Below, piece after piece: positions 21,781 to 32,523 of a stretch of 64,000 bases of DNA. The stretch spans positions 296,469 to 360,468 of the forward strand of contig CAWBHS010000057.1 in assembly GCA_963788655.1 (NCBI GenBank), read 5' to 3'. Below the pieces are notes generated by a model that did no database searches, was not told where the DNA came from, and saw only the letters and a program-made list of their open reading frames with translations. Position 1 is the first letter of the stretch. The number at the start of each line of letters is the position of its first letter. Position numbers and translations under genes: made by a program. The stretch comes from an uncultured Verrucomicrobiae bacterium. GTDB lineage: Bacteria; Verrucomicrobiota; Verrucomicrobiia; Limisphaerales; JAFGQR01.

Positions 21781-24145
21781 GGTTTGTGCAAGCGATAGAA
21801 CTTAACGCTGCCGGCGCCTACCGGAAAGAGGTCTTCGACCACCAACTGGTCGCCTTCCGCGGCACCCGGGCCCAAATCCGTCCAGGTGGTAGCCGGGAGC
21901 GTGGGTGAGGATTCCAGGTTGAATCCGGTGCCGGTGGCTTGCGACCACGAGATGCGCACTCCCGGTCCCTGGGCCAAGGCGGCCGCTTCGATTACCAGAG
22001 TTGGTTGGGGGAGACTGAAGTATTTCTCGTTCAAGTAGGCCTCGACTTCGGCCCGCTGGGTCTCGGAGACGGAGGAGTAAATAAGGATTTCGGAAATGTC
22101 TCCCCGCATATACTGGCGATTCCCCTGCAGATAACCGAGGGTCAATTGCTCGCCGCCATACGGAATGGGATCGAGCCCACCCACGTTCCCCGCTTCGGTT
22201 GCATTCACGAAGAGGGTTTTGAGGCCGGCGCTGGTGCGGGTTGCAGTCAGCAAAGTGGGCACCTGGTCGCCCAAAGCGCCTCCCGCCGGTTCCAGACTCT
22301 GGGGCGGAGCCGTGAACCACTTGACCAGCCCGGGAGTGCCGTCGCTGATGCCCAAGGCCCAGCCCGCCACGTCCACGTAGTTGCCGACGAAGACCTGCCC
22401 GGCCACCGTGTTGTCCACGCTGAGCACGGTGTAAATGCTGAAGTCCTGCAACTCGAGCAGACCGGCCCCGGCGAGGTTGAACCCGGAGGAACCACTGAAG
22501 CGAACTACCGAATGGGATCCGTTGGGAAACATAACCTGCTCTAGTGTGGGAGCGCCAATCGCGATGCCGCTGTGGAGTTCGCCGGGCGCTTGATCCGTCC
22601 AGCCAAACACCGGGACTGGCTGCTGCGTGTTCACGCCGGCATCGGCTCGCAGCCACAACACCATGCCGTTGGTCGGTGGAGCGTTGTTGGCCAGGGGATC
22701 GGGTTGAAAATACTTGGCGTTGAGATACGCCTCGACCTCGGCCCGCTGGAACGCGTCCGCCGAATCGAAAACCAGGAGCTCCGCGATGTCGCCTTGCAAA
22801 TACTGGCCGATCGGTCCCAGATACCCGACCGTCAACGCCCCGCCCCCGCCCCCGTAATCCAGGGTCGCCCCGCCCAGCGAATCGGCCAGCGTGCCGTTGA
22901 CAAAAAACTCTTTGGTCCCGTCGCCGAATGTTCCCGTGAGCAGGGTCGGCACATGGTTGTCCAAACTGCCCGCTGCTGGTTCCATGCTTTGCGGCGGTGC
23001 GGTAAACCATTTCACCCGGCCGGGTGTCGAATCGCTGATGCCCAGCGCCCAGCCAAAGGTGGGCTTGAAGTGGCCGATGAAGATCTCCGCGGCCACGCTG
23101 TTGTTGACGCTGGCCACGGCGAAAACGCTGAGATTGGGCAGCTCCAGGTCCACGTCATTGTCGAGGTCGAAACCGGCCGCGCCGTTGAAGCGAATGACCG
23201 GGTGGGATCCGTTGGGAAAGGAGGCTTGTGCCAGGGCGGGACTCCCGACCGAAGTGCCGTTGTGCTGGCCGCCCGGCGCCTGATCCGCCCAATCAAACAC
23301 CAGAACCGGCTGGGTTGTGTTCACGCCGGCATCCGCCCGCAGCCACAACACCATGCCGTTGGTTGGCGGGGCGTTGTTGGCCGGAGGATCGGGTTGAAAA
23401 TACTTGGCGTTGAGATACGCCTCGACTTCCGCGCGCTGGAACGCGTCCGCCGAATCGAAAACCAGGAGCTCCGCGATGTCGCCCTGCAGATACTGACGGT
23501 CGATCCCAGATACCCGACCGTCAGCGCTCCACCCCCACCGCCGTAATCCAGGGACAGCCCGCCCAGCGAGTCGGCCAGGGTGCCGTTAACGAAAAGCTCT
23601 TTGTTTCCGTCACCGAAGGTTCCTGTGAGCTGCGTTGGGACATGGTTGCCCAGACTGCCGGCTGCCGGTTCCAGGCTTTGCGGCGGCGCGGTGAACCATT
23701 TTACCCGTCCCGGCGTTGAATCGCTCACTCCCAACGCCCAACCAAAAGTGGGCTTGAAGTGGCCGATGAAAATCTCCGCGGCCACGGAGTTGTCAACGCT
23801 CGCCACGGCAAAAACGCTGAGGCTAGGCAATTCCAGCTCCGCATCGTTGTCGAGATCAAAACCGGACGCGCCGTTGAAACGGATGACCGGGTGGGATCCG
23901 TTGGGAAACGAAGCTTGTGCCAGGCTGGGATTTCCAACCGCGGTGCCTGAGTGGCTGCTGCCCGGCGCTTGATCGATCCATTCCGAAACTGCTTCCGGTT
24001 GCTCGGTCACCAGGCCGGCGTCCGCCTTGAGCCATAGTACCTGATCGGTTTCTGGCGGCGAGGCGGCCAGCGCCGCGGTGGCGAAGGTGAAGCCCACGGC
24101 GGTCAGAACCACCGCGAGAAGAGAGGGGGCGATTTGTTTGGTCAT
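21777..24145 (-). CDS. Secreted protein with three tandem LamG/concanavalin-like domains (frameshift ~23500)
   Basis: Signal peptide; LWL(K/R)ADAG...W-x-DQ...GDI(A/S)E(L/I)L...VEAYLNxKY repeated with a 690-bp period. Confidence 0.82.
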
Positions 24146-24302
24146 AAGCGGGTGTGTTGTGGATTGGGTTACTATTCTCGGAATACTCTCTGTTGCCCGG
24201 ATCCGGATCGAGGCGTTCGCGCCTTGGGCTCCGGCCATGGTTCCGGCAAGAAGCTATCCGTGGTTTTCATGCCGAAATCTTTCCCCAACCGACAAAAACC
24301 AG

Positions 24303-25268
24303 CTACCGTTTTTCGTCTATTCTCTTATCTTTTCTGTTAATTCCACTTTTGGACCGATCTCGATGAGTGTAGTGGCTGGGCGAAACGCCCATGAAGGACC
24401 GGAAGGTGGCGTTGAAATGGCTCAAGCTCTCAAAACCAACCTCCAGGGCAGCCTCCGTCACGTTGTGTCCGGCCTCGCTCAGCAGCGCCGCAGCCCGATG
24501 AATGCGATAGCCCTGCAAATACTTCACCCAGGACATGCCCAACGCATTCTGAAATAGTACCTTCAGGCGTGATTCACTCATCCCGGCAGCGCGGGCTACG
24601 TTCTTCGCGTAAATCGGTTCCGGGTAATTCTCACGCAAATATTGCAACGTGCGTGAAACCGGCCGCCAGTCCACCTCCAAACACTCGGTGCCGATGTTCC
24701 GGCCTTCCGCCTCCTCCCAACGCAGGAGCAGGACCATCGCCTCCAATAGCAGGCTGCGCAGTCGGATTTCCCGGCCAAAGCGCTTCTGCTTAAATTCCGT
24801 CACTGCTTCCCCAAGCAACTCGGTCAGCCGCCGCCGCAGCGGTCCCGGCGGGCGAACCAGTCTTTCCTCCAAGGATTGCTTGGCGGTGAAACGGCTCAAG
24901 ATGCGTGGGCCATCACGTTGCGGCCCCATCTCGACCACCACCGACGGCAGGAAGAAGATCGTGATGAACCGGAGCGGATATTTGGTGATACGGCCCCAGT
25001 GCGGCACGCCCGGGCCGGCCAGGAACAAGTCACCCGGCCGCCGCTCGGCTTCCTCATTTTCCACCATCGAAATGCCTACGCCGGCCAGCACAATGCCAAA
25101 TTCACAGTAGGGATGACGCTCGGGATGAGGAGTCGGCGGCCCGGCCAGGATTTCACCGTGCCGGATCCAGATAGGACTCGTTTCGCTGAGCGGCTGGCGT
25201 GATTCCGTCACTTCCAGCAGCCAAGCCAGTTCCGGCAGCTTGGTACGATGCGCGGCGACATCTTTCAT
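24303..25268 (-). CDS. AraC family transcriptional regulator
   Basis: Cupin N-terminus (HPERHPYCE, PGVPH) and HTH (NVTEAALEVGFESLSHFNATFRSFMGVSPSHY). Confidence 0.93.
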   Translation of the reverse strand: MKDVAAHRTKLPELAWLLEVTESRQPLSETSPIWIRHGEILAGPPTPHPERHPYCEFGIVLAGVGISMVENEEAERRPGDLFLAGPGVPHWGRITKYPLRFITIFFLPSVVVEMGPQRDGPRILSRFTAKQSLEERLVRPPGPLRRRLTELLGEAVTEFKQKRFGREIRLRSLLLEAMVLLLRWEEAEGRNIGTECLEVDWRPVSRTLQYLRENYPEPIYAKNVARAAGMSESRLKVLFQNALGMSWVKYLQGYRIHRAAALLSEAGHNVTEAALEVGFESLSHFNATFRSFMGVSPSHYTHRDRSKSGINRKDKRIDEKR

Positions 25269-25438
25269 AGTGGTAATACGGCCAGCAGCCTAGAATGGTT
25301 TCATTGGAAGGTCAATTGGTACGTAAGCCGGCGGCTCGGGCGCTGGATTATCAGGCTCAGTGGAATTGGGGGGACGCGGAAACGCGAATCGCTCCCCATG
25401 CGGCGGCGGCTGAAGCAGGCGGCGCAACGTCGTTCGGC

Positions 25439-26239
25439 TCACGCCGGATAATCAAACGCCACCCCGTGTTCCAGCAACCGGTAGCGTTCGCCAATGCCCT
25501 GAAGCTGGAGGTTGGTGCGCAGCATTTGCGGCGGCTGGCAGTTGTCCGGAAACAGATCGTGATGGCAGGGAATCACCACTCGCGCGTCGAGACGCCGGGC
25601 AAGCTCAGCCGCTTCGGCCGGGCTCAAATTGCGGAACGCACCATTGATGACCGTCACTAGAATATCGGGCTTGTGCGCAGCCACGGCGTCCGCCAACAGA
25701 TCGTGGTAGCCGGTGTCGCCAGTGAAATAGACCGTCGGACCATCCTTCACAAAGCACAGGTAGCCGACGTGCGTGAGATCGTCGCCTCCCAACGGAATGG
25801 CGAAGGTGGCACGCACGGTGAGGTCATCCAACGTCACACTCTTGTTCGGCCAGACCATCGCGATTTCAGCGGCAGGGACGCCGAGCGTGTGCAGCTTCTC
25901 GACCGTCTCCGGCGGCGCCAGGTAGGGTCCCCGACCACCGTTCTCTCGATAAGCCGCCAGAGTCTCCGGATCGAGATGGTCCTGATGGCTGTGGGTCAAA
26001 ATGTAGAGGTCCATGCCTGCCAGTTCTCGGGCCGGCAACGGTGGTGGAAATCGGCGGTCGAAATCAAATCCATGTTGCTCACCAATCGCTTTGCATGAGT
26101 TGGAAAGGTACGGATCCAGGACCGCCATTTTGCCGGCCGGACTTTTGAGGATGAATCCCGACTGTCCCAGCCACCACAACGTAACGGAATTGGGCCGCGT
26201 GGGGTGAGAACGGATCTGGTTCAGGGTCAAAGCACTCAT
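25439..26239 (-). CDS. MBL-fold metallo-hydrolase (UlaG-like lactonase)
   Basis: WWLGQSGF, THSHQDHLD, YFTGDT, VIPCHHDLF. Confidence 0.88.
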   Translation of the reverse strand: MSALTLNQIRSHPTRPNSVTLWWLGQSGFILKSPAGKMAVLDPYLSNSCKAIGEQHGFDFDRRFPPPLPARELAGMDLYILTHSHQDHLDPETLAAYRENGGRGPYLAPPETVEKLHTLGVPAAEIAMVWPNKSVTLDDLTVRATFAIPLGGDDLTHVGYLCFVKDGPTVYFTGDTGYHDLLADAVAAHKPDILVTVINGAFRNLSPAEAAELARRLDARVVIPCHHDLFPDNCQPPQMLRTNLQLQGIGERYRLLEHGVAFDYPA

Positions 26240-26248
26240 GAATTGGTC

Positions 26249-27031
26249 TTAAAACTCGCGCGCATAGCCGGCCGTCCAGCCGCCATCGACCGTCAGGATC
26301 GCGCCATTAAAGTAGGAACTCTCCGGGGCGGCCAGGAATAACGCGGCGTGGGCGATTTCCTCCGGCGTGCCGGGCCGGCCGAGGGGGACGTGAGCCAGCA
26401 TGGCTTGGACGCGGTCGTTGAACTTGCCGTCCGAATCGTAGAACAGTTGCTTCGTGCCTTCGGTCAAGATGGAGCCGGGCGCGATACAATTAACGAGGAT
26501 GCCCTGCGGCCCCAATTCCAACGCCATGGATTTCGTGAGATTCACCACCCCGGCTTTCGCCGCCACAAACGGACTTTGCAGCCGAAGCGGCACCAAACCG
26601 ACAATCGATGCGATGTTGATGATGCGCCCGGATCGCTGGTCCAGCATCGGCCGTGCAGCGGCCCGACTCACATAAAAAAGCCCGGTTAGGTCCACCCGCA
26701 GGATGCGGTCCCACTCGTCCAAGGGGAAGGCGTCGATCGTCACGCGGTGTTGCAGCGTGTTGACACCCGCATTGTTGACGAGGATGTCGAGCCGGCCCAA
26801 GCTCCGCACCGTTTCGGCAACGCCCGCTTCCACCTCGGCGTTCTGGGTCACGTCCAACCGCAGCGCCAGCGTCCCTGGGAAACGCGCCGCGGCGGATCGG
26901 GCTGTCTCAACGTTGATGTCGGCATAGACCACGCGCGCTCCGTTGGCGGCGAGGACATCGGCAATCGCTTGCCCGAGGCCCCGGCCGGCACCGGTCACCA
27001 ATGCCACTTTGCCTTCGAGATCGACCTTCAT
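26249..27031 (-). CDS. SDR family oxidoreductase
   Basis: TGAGRGLG, NNAG, IINIAS; atypical FVAAK in place of YxxxK; VDGG. Confidence 0.9.
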   Translation of the reverse strand: MKVDLEGKVALVTGAGRGLGQAIADVLAANGARVVYADINVETARSAAARFPGTLALRLDVTQNAEVEAGVAETVRSLGRLDILVNNAGVNTLQHRVTIDAFPLDEWDRILRVDLTGLFYVSRAAARPMLDQRSGRIINIASIVGLVPLRLQSPFVAAKAGVVNLTKSMALELGPQGILVNCIAPGSILTEGTKQLFYDSDGKFNDRVQAMLAHVPLGRPGTPEEIAHAALFLAAPESSYFNGAILTVDGGWTAGYAREF

Positions 27032-27339
27032 AAGTTTAACGCGAGGATCGAGGCGAGTTGGCACCGCCGGTGACGTCCCAACGAGGTAGCCACCTCGCCG
27101 CCGCAGCTCTACGGGTCATCCCAAGTAGCCGTGATGTATTCATATACTTGCCGCTTGTTAGCACAGAGGGCCGGGAGCACGCATCTGTTTTTTGGGCGAT
27201 TCATGGTTGTTTTTCCTCGAATCGAAACCGCTCGTGGTCCTCAAAAACAGTGAAAAATAATCGAAAAAGACAAGCCTGCTTCGCTCACTGCCCTTACGCT
27301 GTTCACGATGAAACCAAACTCCAGTCCTTGGGTCACCGC

Positions 27340-29383
27340 ATGAGCAGCAGCTCGCAAGTGCTTGACGTGCGTGAGCAGACAACGGCGCCACCTCAACCCG
27401 CGCGGTCCGCTTGGCTGGCGTTCTATCGGCAGATGCAGCTCATCCGGCTTACCGAAGAACGATTCGTGCGTTCGCACCAGCGCGGGTTGATTCACGGCGC
27501 GTGCCATACCTATATCGGCCAGGAAGCGATTGCGGCCGGCGTGGGCGCTCATCTGCGGCCGGACGATGTGGTGTTCAGCACCCATCGCGGACACGGCCAC
27601 GCCCTCGCCAAAGGACTCGAACCGCACCGGCTCTTTGCGGAGCTTTACGGGCGCGAGACCGGTTGTTCGCGCGGACGCGGCGGCAGCATGCACTTGTTTG
27701 CGCCGGAGATCGGGCTGCTCGGCACCAGCGGCATCGTGGGCCCGTGTATTCTGCAAGCCGCCGGCGCGGGTTGCAGTTTTCAAGTCCTGAAAACCGATCA
27801 GGTGGCCGTCGCGTTCTTCGGCGATGGCGCCGTGAGCAATGGCGCATTTCACGAAGGGTTGAATCTGGCGAGCCTTTGGAAGTTGCCCGTGCTCTTCGTC
27901 TGCGAAAACAACCAATACGCGACGGAAATTGCCTTTGCCGATGCCACCGCCAACCCCAGCGTGGCCAACCGCGGCGCGGCCTACGGTCTGCCGGGCGTCG
28001 AGGTGGATGGCAACGACGTGCTGGCGGTGGCAGCCGCGGCGTGCGAGGCCGTGGAACGTGCGCGCTCCGGTGGCGGGCCGACGCTACTCGAGTGCAAAAC
28101 GTACCGCATCCGTGCCCACGCGGAGGGAATGGGTGATTTCACTTATCGCACGCGCGAGGAAGTCGAGCACTGGAAAACGCAGTGTCCGATCGCGAAATTA
28201 AAGCAACAGGTGCTGGAGGACAGATCCGGCTGCCGCCGACTGAACTGGAGGCCATCGACCAGGAGGTCACCGCGCTGGTGGAGGCGGCGCATCAATTCGC
28301 CGAAAGCAGCGCCTATCCGGCCGCCGAATCCGCCACCCAGCACGTTTATGCCCCCGGCCCGCCGGCGCCCCGGCGGCGCGATGTTCCGATGGTTTCGCGC
28401 GAAGCCGCGCGAGTTGACCTTCATGAAAGCGACCCTCGAAGCGCTCACCGAGGAGATGGCGAAGAATCCGAAGATTCTGGTGTTCGGCGAAGGCATTGGC
28501 GAACGCGGTGGCAATTTCGCCACGACCACGGGACTTTTTGCCCGGTATGGAGCCCGGCGGCTGCGCGACACGCCGATTTGCGAGCGCGGCTTCGTGGGCC
28601 TCGCCGGCGGCGCGGCGATGAGCGGCACGCGGCCCGTCGTGGACTTCATGTTCGCCGACTTCGTCCTCGATGCCGCCGGCGAAATCATCAACCAGATTGC
28701 CAAGATGCATTACATGAGCAGCGGGCGCTTGAAGATGCCCGTGCTGCTGCGCGGCTGCATCGGCATCGGCCACTCGGCGGCGACGCATCACTCCGGCAGC
28801 TACTACTCGATGTACGCGCAACTTCCCCGGCCTGCGCGTCGTCGTGCCGTCCTCACCGCGGGATGCCAAGGGTCTGCTCAAGACCGCCCTCACGTGCGAC
28901 GATCCGGTGCTCTTCCTCGAACACCGCGAGTTGCTCGCCCTGAAAGGCCCCGTGCCCGAGGAGGAATATTTCATTGATTTCGGCCAGGCTGCCGTCGTGC
29001 GCGAAGGTAGCGATGTCACCGTCGTCGCCCTCGCGCTGATGGTTCACCAGACGCTGCAAGCCTGCGACGCGCTCGCGCAGGAAGGCCTTTCCGTCGAACT
29101 CATCGATCCGCGCACCGTCGCGCCGCTCGATGTGGAAACCATCCGCCAGTCCGTGGCGAAGACAGGCCGGCTGTTGATTGTGGACGAGTCGTTCGGCCAC
29201 GGCGGCATCGGCGCCGAAATCGCGGCCCAATTGGCCGACCAGGGCTTCGACGATCTGGATGCGCCCATCCGCCGCCTCAACGGCGCGCCCACGCCCACCC
29301 CGTACAGCCCGCCGCTCGAAGCCGCCGTCGTGCCGAACGCAACGACCATTGCGCAGGCGCTACGCGACCTTTGTGACGAGTGA
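27340..29383 (+). CDS. Fused 2-oxoacid/acetoin dehydrogenase E1 alpha+beta, copy 1 (frameshifted)
   Basis: HTYIGQEA, STHRGHGH, FFGDGA...ENNQY (TPP motif), DTPICE, FLEHREL, ELIDPRT. Confidence 0.9.
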
Positions 29384-29446
29384 GAGGCAGGAGGCAGGAG
29401 GCAGGAATCAGGAAACAACAAACAGGAAACAGACGACGGGAGAGAG
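29384..29446 (+). repeat. Array of nine degenerate GAGGCAG heptamers
   Basis: gaggcag x3, gaatcag, gaaacaa, caaacag, gaaacag, acgacgg, gagagag; begins immediately after the E1 stop codon. Confidence 0.85.
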
Positions 29447-29458
29447 AACGATATCAAT

Positions 29459-29843
29459 ATGGCAGTGCAATCAATCAAAGAGTTGACGGTTTACAGGAAA
29501 AAGCTACGCGCTCGCGATGCGCGTGTTTGAAACGAGCAAGCGATTTCCCAAAGAAGAAGTGTTTGCACTTACGGGTCAGATTCGTCGGTCTTCGCGTTCG
29601 GTGTGTCAGAATTTGCGCGAAGCCTGGGCGAAACGGCGATACCCAGCGCATTTTGTCAGCAAGCTGACCGACTGCGACGGGGAGAATGGCGAAACCGAGA
29701 CCTCCCTCGATTTCGCCCACGACTGTGGCTACATCTCGACGCATGAACACTCCGAGTTGGTGGGGCTTTGCCTTGAAGTCGGCAAAATGCTCGGCTCAAT
29801 GATCCAGAAACCCAAACCGTTCCTCCTGTCTCCTGATGCCTGA
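29459..29843 (+). CDS. Four helix bundle protein (23S rRNA intervening-sequence protein family); 1-nt frameshift in the A-run ~29500
   Basis: KELTVYRKSYALAM...FPKEE-x-FALTGQIRRSSRSV...EAWAKRRY...FVSKLTD...ET...L...CGYI. Confidence 0.9.
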
Positions 29844-29860
29844 CTACTCACCCCTTTCCC

Positions 29861-31057
29861 ATGCCCACGTCCATCACCATCATTGTTCCGCGTCTCGGCT
29901 GGTCCATGGAGGAAGCCACGTTTGCTGGTTGGCTGAAGCAACCGGGCGAGACGGTTAAAGCCGGGGATTTGCTGTTCACGTTGGAGAACGAAAAAGCTTC
30001 GCAAGAAGTCGAGTCAATCGACGCCGGGATTTTGCGCCTTCCACCCGACGCGCCGCAGGTGGGCGACGTGGTGAAGGTCGGTGCGTTGCTGGGCTATCTC
30101 GACGCGGAAGGCGAATGCGATGCACCCGATGTCAGTTCGCCTCCGTCACCACCAACGAAAGAACAAAACCCGACTCCGTCCATGGAAACGAGCACAGTCG
30201 CATCGGTTGCAGAGCGCGCCAATGTCGCAACCGGGGCCCGCACCGCTCACGCTGCCATCAGCCCGCGGGCTCGCCGGCGCGCGGCTGAATTGGGCGTGGA
30301 CGGGAGCCGGTTGCGCGGCAGCGGGCGCGCCGGGCGGGTGGTGGAGGCCGATGTGCTGGCGGCTGCAAAGCAGTCAACGCCCTCCAATCTCTCCACAATG
30401 CGCCGCCTCATCGCGCAGCGCACCGCCGAGAGCTTCGCCGCCGCGCCGCATTTCTATCTGCGCACCGAGGTGGACGTCACCGCGCTGCAGCAACTGCGCG
30501 CGCGCCTCCTGCCGGACATCGAACGATCCACTGGCGTGCGCCTGACACTTACCGACTTGATTCTGCGCGCCCAGGCCCGGGCTTTGCGCGAATGCCCTTT
30601 CGCCAATGCCATCTGGGAGAACGGTCGAATCACGCCGCTTGCCGACGGCGACGTGGGCCTGGTCATCGGCTTGCCGGAGGGCCTGATGATTCCCATCGTT
30701 CGTTCCGTTGATGCTGCTGAACTGGGGGCACTGGTGCAACAGCGAGCCGCCCTGGTCGAAACCGCACGTGCCGGCAAGCTGACCAACGAAGCCATGGAGG
30801 GCGGAGCCACCAGCCTCTCGAATCTCGGCAACTCCTGCGTAGATGAATTTTCCGCCGTCCTCCCGCCCCCGCACAGCAGCATCCTGGCGGTCGGCCGCGC
30901 CACGACGCGCCCTTTCGTGGTGCAGGAACAACTCGTCATGCGTCCCACCCTCAAGCTTTGCCTTTCCGTGGATCACCGCGTCATGGACGGCGGCCCGGCG
31001 GCGGAGTTTCTGGGCCGCATTGTCGCGGGACTGGAGCAACCGGAAATCCTCGCATGA
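29861..31057 (+). CDS. Dihydrolipoamide acyltransferase E2, copy 1
   Basis: Lipoyl domain ENEKASQEV, E3-binding SPRARR...GSGRAGRV, catalytic DHRVMDG. Confidence 0.92.
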   Translation: MPTSITIIVPRLGWSMEEATFAGWLKQPGETVKAGDLLFTLENEKASQEVESIDAGILRLPPDAPQVGDVVKVGALLGYLDAEGECDAPDVSSPPSPPTKEQNPTPSMETSTVASVAERANVATGARTAHAAISPRARRRAAELGVDGSRLRGSGRAGRVVEADVLAAAKQSTPSNLSTMRRLIAQRTAESFAAAPHFYLRTEVDVTALQQLRARLLPDIERSTGVRLTLTDLILRAQARALRECPFANAIWENGRITPLADGDVGLVIGLPEGLMIPIVRSVDAAELGALVQQRAALVETARAGKLTNEAMEGGATSLSNLGNSCVDEFSAVLPPPHSSILAVGRATTRPFVVQEQLVMRPTLKLCLSVDHRVMDGGPAAEFLGRIVAGLEQPEILA

Positions 31058-32523
31058 CCTCTCATTCAACTCACATTCTGCAAAACTACATCAACGGACG
31101 CTGGCTGGATTCCGCGTCGGGCCAGCGGGGTCGCTGCGTCAATCCGGCCAATCGCGAGGAAACAGTCTGCGAAGCTCAGGCTTCCGTGCCACAGGACGTT
31201 GAGCAGGCCATCGCGGCGGCGGCGCAGGCGTTTCGGGATTGGGGGCAAATGCCGGCACCTCGACGCGCGGCGTTGCTGCAGGAGTTCTGGTTTCGAATGA
31301 AGTCCCGGGAGGAGGATTTCGTGCGCACCATCACGCGCGAGAACGGCAAGACCCTGCGGGAGTCGCGCGCGGAATTTCAGGCCGCCCTCAAAGAAGCGGA
31401 ATTCCAAATCGGTCAGGGTCGCCGGATTGCAGGGAAGCATCTGCCGTCGGAAGTGCCGGGCGTTGCCTGCTACCTTAGGCGCCGGCCGCTCGGGGTGGCC
31501 ACCCTTATCACTCCGTGGAACTTCCCGCTCAACGTCGCCTGCCGCAAACTCCTCCCGGCGCTCATCGCCGGCAATTGCTGCGTCCTCAAACCGTCCGACC
31601 TAACGCCAATGTCGGCGGCGCTGCTGTTCGAGCTGCTGCACGAAATCAGCCTGCCGCCAGGCGTGGCAAATCTGGTCACCGGTCGCGGCTCCGTCATTGG
31701 CGATACGCTCGTCACACACCCGACTGTCCAGGCGGTGTCGTTTACTGGCTCGACCGAGGTTGGCGTCGGCATCGCGCAAAAACTCGCGGGCCGCGCCACC
31801 AGAGTTCAACTGGAAATGGGCGGCAAGAATCCGCTCGTCGTACTGGCGGACGCGGATTTGCCCAAAGCCGTCGAAGCCGCCGTCGTGGGGGCGTATAGTT
31901 GCAGCGGGCAATGGTGTACTTCGACCAGTCGTGTCATCGTCGAGCAAGCGGTTTACGCGCCGTTCCTCGAACAGCTCGTGGCGTCCGTGAACACCCTGAC
32001 CGTCGGCGATGGCTTCGACGAGACGAGTCGCATGGGGCCGGTGTGCGGGACACAGCAGTTCGAGAATATTCTGCGTTACCTGGAACTGGGCAAATGCGAA
32101 GGGGCCCGCTTATGCGCCGGGGGCAAAGCATTGACCGAGGGCAAATTGGCGCAGGGCTGCTTCATTGCGCCGACGGTGTTTGCGGACGTTGCGCCCGGCA
32201 TGCGCATCGCCCAGGAAGAAATCTTTGGCCCGGTGCTGGTGGTGATGCCGACGAAGGATTTCGACGAGGCCCTGCAACTGGCGAACGCGACGCAGTTCGG
32301 ATTGGCGTCGTCGATCTACACGAACGACCTGGCCAAGGCCCAGCGTTTCGTGGCGGAAAGCGGAGTGGGGCTTTGCCATGTGAACCTCTCGACGGCGTGG
32401 AAGGAACCGCAACTGGAGTTTGGCGGCATCAAGGAATCCGGCCGGGGCCTGCCGGAAGCTGGCGAAAGCGGGCTTGAGTTCTTCACCACTCACCAAGCCG
32501 TGTATGTGAAGGAGCAGGCGTGA
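31054..32523 (+). CDS. Aldehyde dehydrogenase (2-ketoglutaric semialdehyde dehydrogenase-like)
   Basis: ITPWNFP, FTGSTEVG, LEMGGKNP, GQWCT, QEEIFGPV; ATGA overlap with E2. Confidence 0.92.
   Translation: MTSHSTHILQNYINGRWLDSASGQRGRCVNPANREETVCEAQASVPQDVEQAIAAAAQAFRDWGQMPAPRRAALLQEFWFRMKSREEDFVRTITRENGKTLRESRAEFQAALKEAEFQIGQGRRIAGKHLPSEVPGVACYLRRRPLGVATLITPWNFPLNVACRKLLPALIAGNCCVLKPSDLTPMSAALLFELLHEISLPPGVANLVTGRGSVIGDTLVTHPTVQAVSFTGSTEVGVGIAQKLAGRATRVQLEMGGKNPLVVLADADLPKAVEAAVVGAYSCSGQWCTSTSRVIVEQAVYAPFLEQLVASVNTLTVGDGFDETSRMGPVCGTQQFENILRYLELGKCEGARLCAGGKALTEGKLAQGCFIAPTVFADVAPGMRIAQEEIFGPVLVVMPTKDFDEALQLANATQFGLASSIYTNDLAKAQRFVAESGVGLCHVNLSTAWKEPQLEFGGIKESGRGLPEAGESGLEFFTTHQAVYVKEQA

Noticed and set aside
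29459..29843. Diversity-generating retroelement accessory gene (Avd)
   Set aside because: No reverse transcriptase and no TR/VR pair in the window.
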